DNA of 62,570 nucleotides, the filler included, from Circinaria calcarea (taxonomy: Eukaryota): the NCBI GenBank assembly GCA_051942165.1. It is 14 parts of 14 records of this genome, joined end to end, with 100 filler letters (N's around TTAATTAATTAA, not from the genome) between each part and the next. Parts side by side here need not be neighbours in the genome. Positions count along the whole stretch, not along the records: positions 22,421 to 26,801 come from JAVECS010002350.1; positions 26,902 to 31,282 come from JAVECS010002351.1; positions 31,383 to 35,758 come from JAVECS010002352.1; positions 35,859 to 40,233 come from JAVECS010002353.1; 10 more parts are not named here. One strand, given 5' to 3'. Shown piece after piece: positions 25,834-37,929 of this stretch (positions within the stretch are counted from its first letter, which is position 1; every line of letters begins with the position of its first letter). The position numbers and the translations under genes are program-made. Under the pieces are notes generated by a model. The model worked only from the letters and a program-made list of their open reading frames with translations, made no database searches and had not been told where the DNA came from.

Positions 25834-25922
25834 ACAAACCGCTGAGGATCGAACTCAGAACCTTCTCGGATCATTGCTCACGGCATGTGAACGAGAAATC
25901 ATAACCATTAGACCACGCGACT
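25834..25922 (-). tRNA. tRNA-Val(CAC) with 16-nt intron; acceptor stem defective (possible pseudogene)
   Basis: A box TGGTCTAATGG. Anticodon arm TCTCG-TTCACA-[intron TGCCGTGAGCAATGAT]-C-CGAGA. T arm CTGAG-TTCGATC-CTCAG, followed by T-runs. Confidence 0.85.
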
Positions 25923-26501
25923 CATTCATAAAGAGAAACTATTCTTATTTCGATACATATTCCGTGAACAGTTGTGGGGCAGTTCTCAATGCAATCGCGG
26001 GGTAACTCTCCAGCGAAAAAGGTCGTGCACTGTGCCTCATTCTTGAACGGACTATTTACCAGCTCCCCTTAATTATCCCTGAATCTAGTCCTTCTCATAC
26101 ATCAAGGCGAACGCCCTACGGGTACTGGTACATCACTCATTCCTCACAACACCAAGTCCACTGTTGCCAAAGCCATACGATATAGATCTAATGGAGAAAA
26201 CGCCAATGGGCCGAGAAGCTTCCAACCATCCGAGAACACCGCAACAGCCTTTGAAGAAACCATAAAATGACCGGGGCGATCACCGCATGGTCATACCTTA
26301 GTGAAATGAAGTTCAACAGTAATTGGTAGAGACGAGGACGTTAGCAAATGGGAGAGACGATCGTGAAAGGGGATACGACAGGCTGAGAGATCTACTCATC
26401 TTCTACGGCCAATCCGGCCCTGCAGACTTTTATGAGTTTGGGAGAGGTAGATTAAAACTAGGTAGTCAATGGCTAAAACATTCGTTTAAGCATCCAAGGA
26501 T

Positions 26502-26801
26502 TTACTCATTCACCTTGAATCTATACTGGTCCTTCCGATCCAGATACACGACCTTATCACCCAATCCTGCTTCCTCCATCGCCTTTTTAAAGTCGGAAAG
26601 CGGACTGAGAAACACATCATAGTCACTACAATCTGCGTCAGCTAATGGATCTTAGACACAAGATAGAAGGCTACTAACTCATAGTGTATCGGTATCGTCA
26701 GATCTGGATTGATCAGCCGCACCAGCTCCAGCCCTTGCTTATGATCCATCGTCACCATCAATAACGGTATCGAAGGCGACGGAATAGTGGTCCCGCCCAG
26801 A
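26502..26801 (-). CDS. Metallo-beta-lactamase-fold Zn hydrolase, last two exons (absent from the ORF track)
   Basis: LGGTTIPSPSIPLLMVTMDHKQGLELVRLINPDLTIPIHY, intron 26678-26626, then DDYDVFLSPLSDFKKAMEEAGLGDKVVYLDRKDQYRFKVNE*. The TMD and IPIHY motifs are diagnostic. Confidence 0.85.
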
Positions 26802-27493
26802 NNNNNNNNNNNNNNNNNNNNNNNNNNNNNNNNNNNNNNNNNNNNTTAATTAATTAANNNNNNNNNNNNNNNNNNNNNNNNNNNNNNNNNNNNNNNNNNN
26901 NCTCCCACCCTCCCAATTCTCCTTTCCATCCCATCAGTCTCCCTCTCTCCTATTTCTCCACCTCCTCCACTAACTCTCAGATTCTCCTTCTTCCACAAGG
27001 GTCAATGCCATCATGTGCTTTGCTAATTAAAAAAAAAAAACACCGTATGCTACCGAAACCCCCTATGCCATGGCCCCGTGGGGAAACTCGCTCGCTGAAA
27101 AAACGCTGGGACGTGCTGGGGGCAAATGCTGGGTTGTGCTGGAAGTAAAGTGCTGACCGATTCCGAAACGCCATGGGAATGCTCGCTCAAAACGCCGGGA
27201 ATGCTTCGCTTTCATTGTGTCGTGAGTGTAAATGCGCGAAAAAAGGATAGGGTGATTAGTGATGGGGGCATAATATGTGAGGTGAATTGGTGATGAGGAT
27301 TGATGATGCGAAAAGTATGTGACGTGAAGAATGAGGATTCGATCCTGAATAATGCAAACCGTGAGTTGAAAATTCGAAAGGTGGAAAGGTTGTGTGAATT
27401 TGAGAAGGTCTCGTGCTGGTGAAAAGTTTGGTGGTGATGAAAGGTCAACATGTGAGACGAGGATGTGACATGTCCAAGTCTTCATGGTTTCCC

Positions 27494-29288
27494 TCAGATA
27501 TAGAGAGTTTTGATTCCAGCTCCATAATCTGGAGAGTGCTCCTTTCCCTTCTTGGTTGGGATAAGTGAGACTCCATTATTCCCATTGACTGTCTTTCCGA
27601 CCGTATTGCCAGACTTTCGCTCTTTAGCAGTGACTTTCGGAGCGCACTTGTTAACGTCCTTCTTGTCTCCGTTGGTAAGTCGCTTCTGCTTTGGTCCAAG
27701 CTGTCGCTGCTGAGATTTGCCATAGGTGGCATCAGTGGGACGAGCTGTATCATTGTAATGTGCTGTATCAGATGGCGGTGAGGGACGAGCGGTGCCGATG
27801 TAACGAGGCTTTTCTGTTGTAACCGTGGACTGTGGTTTCTTAGGTGACTTTAAGTGCTTTTCCAAAGCAGCGTAGCGTAGCTTCGCAGATGGTGGCGATG
27901 CACGTACAGTACCTGTGTAGCGAGGTTTCTCCGATTCGGATGGCGGTGAATGACGAATAGTACTGGTAGAACGTGGCTTCTCTACCGACGGTAACACCTT
28001 CTCGTGGACTCGTTTTGGCTGAGAGAGCTTCAATCGGACACCTCCGGAATGTGACTTGCTCGCAGTAGTAGAGTAGTCGGATGCTGAAGTAGATGCAGAG
28101 TTAGAACCCTTGTATGCAGCATCGTCAGGCGAATATTCATCGTCGGAATCATCAAGACCAATGATACGGGATTTCTGGAATGACCGCCTACGACCATCGG
28201 TGCTTGGTACATCATCAACTTCCTGTGAGAGGGCAATTGGCTCAGACTTTGGCTTCCCCTCCTTTTGTCTGATGCTTCGCGTGGCTCGACTAAGTCGACG
28301 ATCTTGCTTCTTGTTGGGGCCGGAAAAGTCATCGTCGTCACTATCGTGATCACGCTCGACGCTTGAACTACCTTGAGTCGAAGGACTGCTGGATCGATCT
28401 TCGGCATCGAGAAGCTTCGAGACAGCATCATCCACGTTGCCTTTACACGATTCCAAAGTCTTTTGCACTGTCACCGGGTCGGCTAGGTAAGGTAGAGAAC
28501 TCATGGCAACTTTGATCATCCACGGCTCAACGCAAGAGGTCCTGGCAAAATTGGCCTTGTTCTCCATTTCCATGTCTGGTGAGATGTAGGTAATTGCCGG
28601 AATACCTGGATGAGGTCCGTTGATGTTTCGGATGGAAGAGTAGTGTTCCCAGGTCTAAGGAAGATATTAGCATCAATTGTCATAGTCAAGCCCTAGGCTC
28701 GACTCCGAGGCAACTGACGTGAAGAGCAATCTGTGCAAGAGGTCTCTCTCGAGCATTACCGCTACCGGAGATCATCATGGCAAACTCTTTCTGATGTACT
28801 CGGACGTCGACCCCGTAAGCTGCAGCAAAGGCCACAATCTCCATGTTATCTCCGTAAGTACCGCCCTTGGCCATTTGCTGCAAGTGACGCTCGAAAACAC
28901 GGTCGATCTCTTCGGCGGTGGGGGGAGTGTTGTTGACCGGTGTATTGAACGCTCCGGCATTCTTTCTCTTGGGGTTTCGACGGACTCCACCTCCAGGGTT
29001 GACATCAATGTATGGCTTGTACTGGTCGGCATGCTCACGCATGTACTCGATGACACGGGCACGGATTTCGCGGTGCGAGGCTTCAGACCCATAGAGTTGA
29101 TCGGAGAGGGCATTGAAAAGACAGTTGCCTAGGACCGAAATCCAAGGTTAGCAACGAATGAGGAGGTTGTGGTGCATTGTGGCAGCTGGGGCAAGATCTC
29201 CAATGTTTAACGTACCATTACCCGCCGTCTCGGTTACATAGAGGCCCTCGGCCGCGAGCAATGGGAATTCTTTGTTTGCAGCTCCCAT
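27494..29288 (-). CDS. OTU-domain cysteine protease (deubiquitinase) with a CUE-like domain and disordered tail
   Basis: Three exons. Catalytic regions GNGNCLFNALSDQLYG, GTYGDNMEIVAFA and WEHYSSIR. CUE-like segment KTLESCKGNVDDAVSKLLD. Confidence 0.9.
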
Positions 29289-30127
29289 TTTGAGCTCGGG
29301 TTCCGATTCGAAAGTAAAACGGGGGTAAGGTTGTAGTTCTGCATGAGGAGTCCAAGTGAGCAAAAGAGCAGTAAAGAAGGTGCCAAAGGTAAAAGGTGGA
29401 AGCCTTGAACGATCGATAAAATCGTCACCTTTGGGATCAAAAGGCTCATTACTTACACCAAAAGGACAGCTTAAGCTTAGGGACACGATTGGCGGCAAGA
29501 GTCCGCCCGGGGGAGCCGGATCTTATCTCGGACCGAGTCAGCGTCGATAACGAAGAGACCCCCCTGAACTTGTAAGGTGGTACTCCGTAGTGCAATAATA
29601 AGGGGGATGATGACTGGCTATGCTGACTGGGGGGGTCATGAGGCTGACGATGCACACACAACACTTGGGGACATATGCTTACCTGCAACAACAGCAAGGC
29701 TGAAAGGATGGTGGATGTACTCTATGATCTGCTTTGGAGTTTAGCTGTTGAATTGAAGGCAACTGGTTGAGACAAAGTTGATTACTGTTGCAGAGTGCGC
29801 TTAAGAAGGACTGTACGTTTGTGAAGAGGAAGAAGAGAAGATTGAATGGGAAAAGAGCTGGCTTTCTATAGACAGCATCTGATCGCGGTGTTTACGTTCG
29901 CATGACTCTTACCATCATTCACTGTTGCACGCGTTCCTCAAAGTAGGAAAAACACCAGCCTCCTCTTTTCTTCTACCTTCGAACCAGCGAATAAACTCGC
30001 CCTACTAGGCCGAGTGAGGAAATATATCGGTCGGAGCGTTGTTAAGCTCTTCGCTTCGATTATACCAATCCGAGGCCGTGTGGAGTGGGCCTGGTCTGAG
30101 CACTGCTCGTGCTTCATTTTCGCCACT

Positions 30128-31257
30128 ATGGTAGAGAAGCGTATCGTCGTCGTTGGGTGAGCTACCGTCTGCCACCAGAGATTCGGAACGTTGCAGGCTA
30201 ATGGTGATACCACTTTAAGAGCTGGCGTCGCCGGTCTGACGACAGCGTTAGAGCTATCGAAGAACCCAAGATATAGCATCACCGTCGCCGCCGAGTTTAT
30301 GCCCGGCGACTATGATATTGGATACGCTTCGCCCTGGGCCGGTGCCAATTACTTGCCGTCAGTCCCCTATCTCATAATATCACCTCCTGCCTCATAGTAT
30401 CACGCATCTCGTATTGTACCTTTGCGTACATTCTCGTAGCTATCGTGCAGCTGTACATGCATTCCCTGATGACATTTGTCCTCCCTCAACGTCCCCAATG
30501 TGTAAATTCATAGTCGTTGAGCAACTGCACACGCCGTTGTCCGTTATTTCGGCCCCCAACAGTAATCTCACATCTCCTATGTAGCGGTAGTCTGACCAAT
30601 ATGCTCATATATAACAGTGTATCCAACAAAGGTACCCAAGCTGCCGAATGGGACAAGGATACATGGCCAGAGCTCGAAAAGCTGGCAAAGCATCATCCCG
30701 AAGCCGGCGTCCATTTCCAGAACACCGTTCTCTACAACCGGCAGAAAGATCTAGATTCTGTCACTGGCGATTGGTTTGCGGAGATCCTAAAGCCGGATCC
30801 ATGGTTCAAGGATACTCTTCCAGACGTAAGCCATCTTCCGTATAGCTTCAAGCCAACAGCTACTGATCGACCTCTCAGTTCAAATCTCTTTCCAAGGATG
30901 AGGTTCTCTCTGGCTACGACTTCGGCATGACCTTCACCTCGGTCTGCATCAACACCGCCATCTACCTTCCATGGCTGACCTCGCAATGCCTCAAAGCCGG
31001 CGTGGTCTTCCAACGCGGTATCTTCAAGCACATCGCCGACGCTGCCGACGTCCATCACTCCAGCGCCAAGGCAGATCTGATCGTGAACTGTACCGGTCTA
31101 GCAGCAGGTAAGTTAGGTGGCGTGGAAGACAAGGATATGATTCCTGCACGAGCGCAGATCGTGCTCGTCAGGAACGATCCTGGGGTCATGTTTTCGGTCT
31201 CGGGGACGGATGATGGGCCTGAAGACGAGGTCTGCTATATCATGCAGAGAGCTGCAG
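30128..31257 (+). CDS. DAO1: D-amino acid oxidase (3' truncated)
   Basis: Spliced FAD-binding MVEKRIVVVGAGVAGLTTA, then YASPWAGANY, SVCINTAIYLPWL, IVNCTGL and PARAQIVLVRN. Confidence 0.93.
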
Positions 31258-32144
31258 GTACGTCTCCACGCCCCGCATCTCTNNNNNNNNNNNNNNNNNN
31301 NNNNNNNNNNNNNNNNNNNNNNNNNNTTAATTAATTAANNNNNNNNNNNNNNNNNNNNNNNNNNNNNNNNNNNNNNNNNNNNCCCCACCACTAACCCTTT
31401 TCAACTTTCACGAACCTCCACACCCCACCTCCGCTCCGCACCCCACCTACCACCTAAATAGGGCTCGCGAAAAAAGAAAAACAAAAAAAAACCCCCCCGT
31501 TGGTGATATCGAATCCGAATTCGGAATTCGGAATCCTCGACGGCTTCGTGGTTATGTGATTATGTAGTCGTTAGTTATTAAGACCTTCGTAGGTTGGGGG
31601 AATGGGGAATAGAGATGGAGATGGAGATTAGTAAAGTCCCCCCGGAAAGGGGGGGTTTTGGGGAAAAGCGGGTTAATGAGATGAGATTTCTTCAACAGAG
31701 GAGGCAGGAGGGGGAGGGGAGTTTTCCGGGAAGTGAACGGGTTTGGGATGGTTGGTTGGGGAGAGTTTTTAGAAATTTAGATGGTAGGGGGGCTGATTTG
31801 ATTGGAAGGGAGTGTTGTAGCTCAAAATCTCGACGGGCTACTACAAGATATTTCATGGTGGACTCAGTCAGAGGTGAGAAGAAATGTGTGGAGATTGACA
31901 TTTGTATGGTGGAATGTTGTGAAACTCCTCCGACTAAATGAATGTGAAAAGCTTCCCACCCCCTTTATGTTTTCAAAGTTTCTATTCTATGGGCAACTTT
32001 ATTACGTCCCAGGGACGTAATCTTAACAACAGAAGATGTAGAAATTTCATGTCAGAGATGGGAGTCCGTAGAGTGACGCCGTGAAAAGGAACGGTTTGAA
32101 GTATCGAGGTCCGCAATTTATGGTTACAACGGAAAATCGGTCTA

Positions 32145-33420
32145 TCATGCCCATTTGCCAAGTAACGCCATTAGACCTGCACACCACCTGTTAGCCGATC
32201 CATATGGCCTTCAGCCCATGTTAACGATGCTTACCTGCTCCCAGACACATCACCCCGAACGCACTCAACACCACACTTATCTTGGCTTTCCGCATTCCCT
32301 CGCTGAACATGAATTCATGGGCCATCAGTTCCACCAAGCCTGTATATAGCAGTATGCCCGCACTTGTCGAGTCGAAGACACCATTGACTATCAAAGCCGT
32401 TTGCGATCCCGGCGCGTACGTATTCCTTACTCCCAGCCCTATAGCAATTGCAATGGGCGTTGAGATTGCATATCCAACAGCGAGGAAATATGGCGTCAAT
32501 TTCTTCCTTTTGGGCCAAGGCGTTACAGCTAGCCGGGAGCCAAGACCCAAACCCTCAAAGGTCTGATGAAAAACGAGAACGACGTACAGGGTCCTGAATT
32601 CAGATCCGGCCACTGCGAGAGTGAGGCCAATAAATATCGAGTGGAAGATGACGCCGAATTCAAGAATGAAGATGGCAGTAATTTGCGCAGCATACTCTTC
32701 GTTCGAGACACCGCCCAATTTATCGTGGTCCGAATGGGAATCATGTTTGCGGGTGTGGCTCAAATGGTCGTCGCCAGGTGTGTGGCTATGGCTCCCAGTA
32801 GAGGCAACGCGCACTGGGAGGGTATGGCCTTCAGCGTCACCATCATGGATGCTGTCTTGCGAGCGACCAAAAGTGGCGTAGCGCATAGCCATGAGTTCGA
32901 TGAAGAAGAGCACGAAGACAGTCATGAGAGCTATGCCTTCAACCCAGGGGTATTCCGTGATTACTCCTGTAAGGCAGGGATCTCCAAGGGCCTCATTGGC
33001 AGGGGCAAGGAGCTACGGCGCGTCAGTTATGATGCAGGGAGCCGGCTTCGTGCGTAGGAGAGAGAGAGGTGGGGGCCCTGCGTACATGTATGAAAGCGGT
33101 CGCTATGATGACCCCTGATCCAAAGTACTTTGCGATGAAGAAGGCCGATTCAGGTACCTTGACTCCTTTGTTATTGCGTGCGAAGACGGGAAAGGCAGCT
33201 CCTGGAGATGATCAGTATACTTGGACGGATTCAACTGGCCCCAGAAGCAATTAGATGTCTGCTTACCGAAGAGAGAGCCGACCAATATGACGAAGATGGC
33301 AGACACGCGGATTCCGATCCGACCGTCGAAGTCGTTGTCGGACGAACATGCAGGGCTCGACATATCCGCTGCTTCTTCTTGCCGGGCTAGAAGCCTCGTC
33401 ACTCCATCAAGGTCCAGCAT
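32145..33420 (-). CDS. ZIP-family zinc transporter (Zrt1/Zrt2-like)
   Basis: Four exons. Motifs RVSAIFVIL, KYFGSGVIIATAFIHLL, a His-rich loop, ILEFGVIFHSIFIG, HQTFEGLGLG and terminal LMALLGKWA*. Confidence 0.95.
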
Positions 33421-34426
33421 ATCGAGTACAGAGTCTCTAAATAGCCAATGAGAGTTGCAAGACTTGGATCCGAAATAGGTCGCAAGTGTGCAAGGTAGCA
33501 CGAAGCGCCTGCCGACAGTGCTCGGGGATTTGGCCGCGTGTGAGGTAAGGTGCCGCTGGTTTGAAGTTGTAGCGACAGACGTCTAACGTCGAGGGGAGCC
33601 AAGGGTAAGTCGAAAGGAAGTAGGAATCCGCTGTCAGATGTAGTTTTTGGATCTGGCAACAATCGAGTCGGGAGGATGGTAGCTACCTATCGAACGTCGA
33701 CACGAAGAAGAGCAGGAAGAGAGTGATTTACGCCGCAAAGATTTCGCCTTTGATAGAGCTGGAGTACCCGGTTGGCACCTCCCATTTGGCATTTCCGTTT
33801 GCAGTTAAATAACCGACGAGCTAACCCTGATTTCCCTAGAATGTGATGGAAAGAGACAACGATTATGACGCCAGCATTCGGTGCGGGACACGTGCTTAAT
33901 GTTTATAAAAGGCTGTACGTAACGTGCGTGGAGGCCATGGAAAAGGAACCTCCGCCTGAGGTCCAAGGCGAGCAGGCATGATCTTGGCTGCTACGGAGTA
34001 AACCTGCAGCGAGGAGGAATCATGTATCTGACAAGCTTGAAGCAAGCTCTTCCAGCATACTCCGTGTATCCACTATACTTTGGGCATTTGAGACTCGGCT
34101 TAAGAGTCTTTGGTGGCATTGTTATTCTGTAGAATCGGGCTGTGTCGATGTGAGTCAATGCTTCCACCTAACTTGTCGATCGCCGTTGGTATTTGAAATG
34201 GTATGCTGGAGGCTCTTCCCGCGTATGGTGGTGTCTTATGTCTCTGCTGCTTGTCGACTGGAGATTTAACCTTTATTGTCTGGCTGTGTCCCTCGCCCAC
34301 GTGTCCATTTCCCTTTGCTATCTTATCTGGTCGCGCCCGAGACTCCGACGTCCCCTTTCGGACTAGCGCATGTATTGTCCCACCTACAAATTCCATGTAT
34401 CGCGGTACGGAGTACTCCGTAGCCTA

Positions 34427-34703
34427 TGAAGGGGCCGGTTTTAAATTTCCGCGCACGGCGGCTCTGTGCCGAGGTAACTTCTATAGGCGTAATTCTAGTA
34501 TACAACATGAAACGTAGAACGAAGCAATGGATACATTGAGCGCATGCCTTCAATTCTTGAAAATACGATACGGCGTGAAGGCGAAGAACGACTTTCATGG
34601 TTGATTCATATCCAATTTGAATGTCAAACAGGTGGTGTTGCGATATTCGAATACCCCGCCATAATATGGGTGCCTGCGCGGAGACTTAAAACCGGCCCCT
34701 TCG
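34427..34703. mobile_element. MITE (277 bp), Tc1/mariner-type, TA target duplication
   Basis: Left end TGAAGGGGCCGGTTTTAAATTTCCGCGCA; right end, reverse-complemented, CGAAGGGGCCGGTTTTAAGTCTCCGCGCA. TA at 34425-34426 and 34704-34705. No transposase inside. Confidence 0.85.
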
Positions 34704-35618
34704 TACTTACCCCTTGCACCGCTGATACTCCTCCGTACAAGTCACGTGCTGCGAGCTAACCAATAGAGCACAGGGTAGTACCAAACGATATTCTATTATA
34801 TATTACGTTAATCACCATAATAGCAATTCATAATTTTCCACCTATCCGAACTAGCTATCCATATCTTCAAGTCGTATGCAGGAGGATTATAGAAGGCTCC
34901 ATGGCTGATTACTTCAATACAGTTTGTATTGTTCACTTTTGACATCAGTAATAGTGCCTCGGAGACCACTATCATCCGTGCCGTCCCCTGTGGAGCACAG
35001 CGTCAAAAGGGCGGACGGAGCAAATTGTTGTTACCGACTCGGTGATCTGGGGTGGTACTCCGTAAACGCTGCCCCTGCTTCAAGAATGAGGCTTGGCCAG
35101 CTCAGCTGTCTCTGTTACAAGTTGAAGCAAGAGAGACCTAGTATTCATCCGACAGCCAATCAAGGAGAGATCTGCCCGGTGGCTCTTAGGCTTTCCCCAT
35201 ACTCACATGATACGCTGGGCGGTAAGCTTCAATCACTGGCCCGGCGGGGCGACTCGCGGCATCACTAGCGATTGGACTCGAAATTATGCGGGTGCCAGAG
35301 AAAATCATGCGTCCTTCTTTTCCGTCCAGTGCAGATCTGCGGGGAAGTTCTTGTTTCGATCGTAGAATGGCTGAGGGGTTTCCGTAGTAATATGCACTCA
35401 CTCGCTGAAAAGAAAAATTCCCTGACAATCATGTGAAGGCTGACCTCACATGGACATTGGGAGGCCTCTCCGTGGGAGACAATCCCAAGATTCGGATGAT
35501 CGTGTACCTGGGTATTACTGCTCGGCGGGGTGGACTCCGTACTGTACCAAAGCAGTGCGACGAAAGCTAGCAGTAGAGGCGATGCACAGGGGTACTTTGG
35601 CGGCACGCCTGCTCTTGA

Positions 35619-35642
35619 GACTTGCTCCGTACGGAGCAAGTC
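35619..35642. repeat. Perfect 24-bp palindrome
   Basis: GACTTGCTCCGTACGGAGCAAGTC equals its own reverse complement. Confidence 0.95.
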
Positions 35643-37713
35643 CCACCAGTCAACCTTGGTCCCAGTTTCTTGAAGTTCTTGTAATCCCGAGTTTGGATTG
35701 GATTGTGATTGAACTCGAATCGTCCATTGCACCCCTTCAACCAAATGCCGATTGTCCCNNNNNNNNNNNNNNNNNNNNNNNNNNNNNNNNNNNNNNNNNN
35801 NNTTAATTAATTAANNNNNNNNNNNNNNNNNNNNNNNNNNNNNNNNNNNNNNNNNNNNTTAAGGCGGCGACGGCGCGGTGGGCGTTCTGGAGGGGGGGGG
35901 AGAGAGGTGCCCCGATGAAAATTTGCGAGATGCTCTGGCGAACCACATATAAAACAGAAACGAGTCATCTTCGTTGCTTGAGGAAGGGAAATACGAGGAG
36001 GGAGGACTACGACTATATACTTGGTGGACTACTAGCTTTTACTCTCACCACAGTTCCAATTCTGATAATCCTCGGGTGACCATCCCCAACGCACATCACA
36101 TCGCCCTTGCCATATATAGATAGGAAGTAAGGATTCCCGTTAGGTTTCCCCACCGAAATATAATTATTAGGGTTGGCATGTGAACAAGTTCCCGAGACTG
36201 TCCACACCCGGCTCCACCTGCTTCCGATACTGCCAATAAGGGTTAGGGCTCCCCACCAATGCCGGCAGTTTGCATGTGATGGATCTTGAGCCAATGAAAG
36301 CGATTGACTGACTTTGATGCAGTTTGAATTCTACGAATGGGGCGCATCGTTAGGGGTAGTCTCCGGACGCAGCCCTCTCGCCAAGAGCTTCCTGTCGGAA
36401 ATGTCGTTGATGAGAATCCAATTCGATGCGATGGAACTGTGAGTTCCCGGTCCTCATTCCTGTACGGACGCTACTCCTCCTTCGCCGTGGCCGTTGCCCG
36501 CTTTCCCTCCCCTCCCCAAACCTTTTCGAATGCGCACGCTGCCCGTTGGTGGAAGACCTAGGGTTTGGGGTAGGAAAGGCTCCTCCAGCTCGTCACTGGA
36601 AGAGCAAGAGCTTGGATCATACTCGTCGATGTCGTGGAAGGAAGTGGATGTGGAGAAGGCAGTTGGGACGGCTGGAGTGGCTCCTCGTGGCTGACTCGAG
36701 TGGATGGCGAGGGGAGTGAAGGGGGAGGGGAAGATGTGCTCTCTACCTTGGGCGCCGCCGACAATAATTGTCTTATTGTCGTCGGCGGTATCTAAGGTAG
36801 GAAGCATATTTTGTCCATCCTCCACCACTCTTTTCTTGTCCTCTGCTTGAGTCACCTTAGTAAGGGGAGTAACGGATGACAGGATAGGGTCGCTTTTTGT
36901 ATACACGAGAAACAACGAAAACCCTTCCCCTTCCCAGACTATTGCCTGCATCAGAATATCCTCTCTTAGTCCCAGTTGTCCCAATGAATAATTTCCGTTG
37001 TTGATTTGCAAATTGAGGATATAAACAATTTGCAAATCATCCGCTTTCCCGATCTCCAATGCCTTAGTCATCATAGCACTGGGTTTCTTTGAACCAAGAG
37101 CTCCAAACCAAAAGCCACCACCCTTCCTTCTCCTTCCCTCCTCCAAGACCCGATAGCAACACCCATACCCCAAAGCAGGCCCCGAATACCTCTGCACCTT
37201 CCCCTTCTCCTTCCCTCCTCCCAGGACCCAATACCACCAGCGGCGGACAGCTCAGTAGGTGCACCAGCAGGCGTGAATGCTGATGAAAACTATCAGAAAC
37301 GTGTTAGTGAAACTTCTGCCAAGAGCTGGAAAGGGGACTTACCAGGTTGCCCCCGAAGGGTCCCAGCGCACTCTCCACTACGACGGCCTCCACTGACGGC
37401 CTAAGATATGGACTCCAGGGTAAACAAATATTAGTATGTACCCCAAGTTCAAAAAGAGAGGAGATACTGCAAAAAATGCAATAGTAGCATAGAGGAATTA
37501 TATTGACATTAATATGAATTGGTAATAATCCCATAGTGGCTTGAATCGAATAGCATAGAGCCAAATCGGAACACTGAATATATGTATTAAGTAAAGATAT
37601 ATGGCTTGCTCCTTGTGCTCGTTGAAATTTAAAAGTAGATTCATTGATTTCTTCTTCATACGAATGCATATAGCAAAGGCATAATGAAAAAGTTGGTGTT
37701 TAGGCAAAAAGCC

Positions 37714-37928
37714 ATAGAGCACATAGCTCAGGCATAAAACCTAGAGGCACGTAGCCATATAGAGCACGTAGCTCAAGCATAAAGCTTAGGGGGTATAGAG
37801 CACACAGGTCAGGGATATGGCCAAGTGGCACATAGTCAGATGGCACATAGCCACATAGAGCACAAAGCTCAAGCACAAAGCTTAGGGACATAAACTTACA
37901 TAGAGCAGATAGCCCAGGCACAGAGCCA
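37714..37928. repeat. Degenerate tandem repeat, five units starting ATAGAGCA
   Basis: Examples: ATAGAGCACATAGCTCAGGCATAAAACCTAG, ATAGAGCACGTAGCTCAAGCATAAAGCTTAG and ATAGAGCACAAAGCTCAAGCACAAAGCTTAG. Confidence 0.8.
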
Positions 37929-37929
37929 T

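Noticed and set aside
33491..33496. CAAGGT as a ZafA-type zinc-response site upstream of the ZIP gene
   Set aside because: A single hexamer close to the ATG; expected by chance.
36454..37197. 247-aa minus-strand ORF
   Set aside because: Patchy composition and no recognisable motif. It may include a gene relic, but I cannot support a call.
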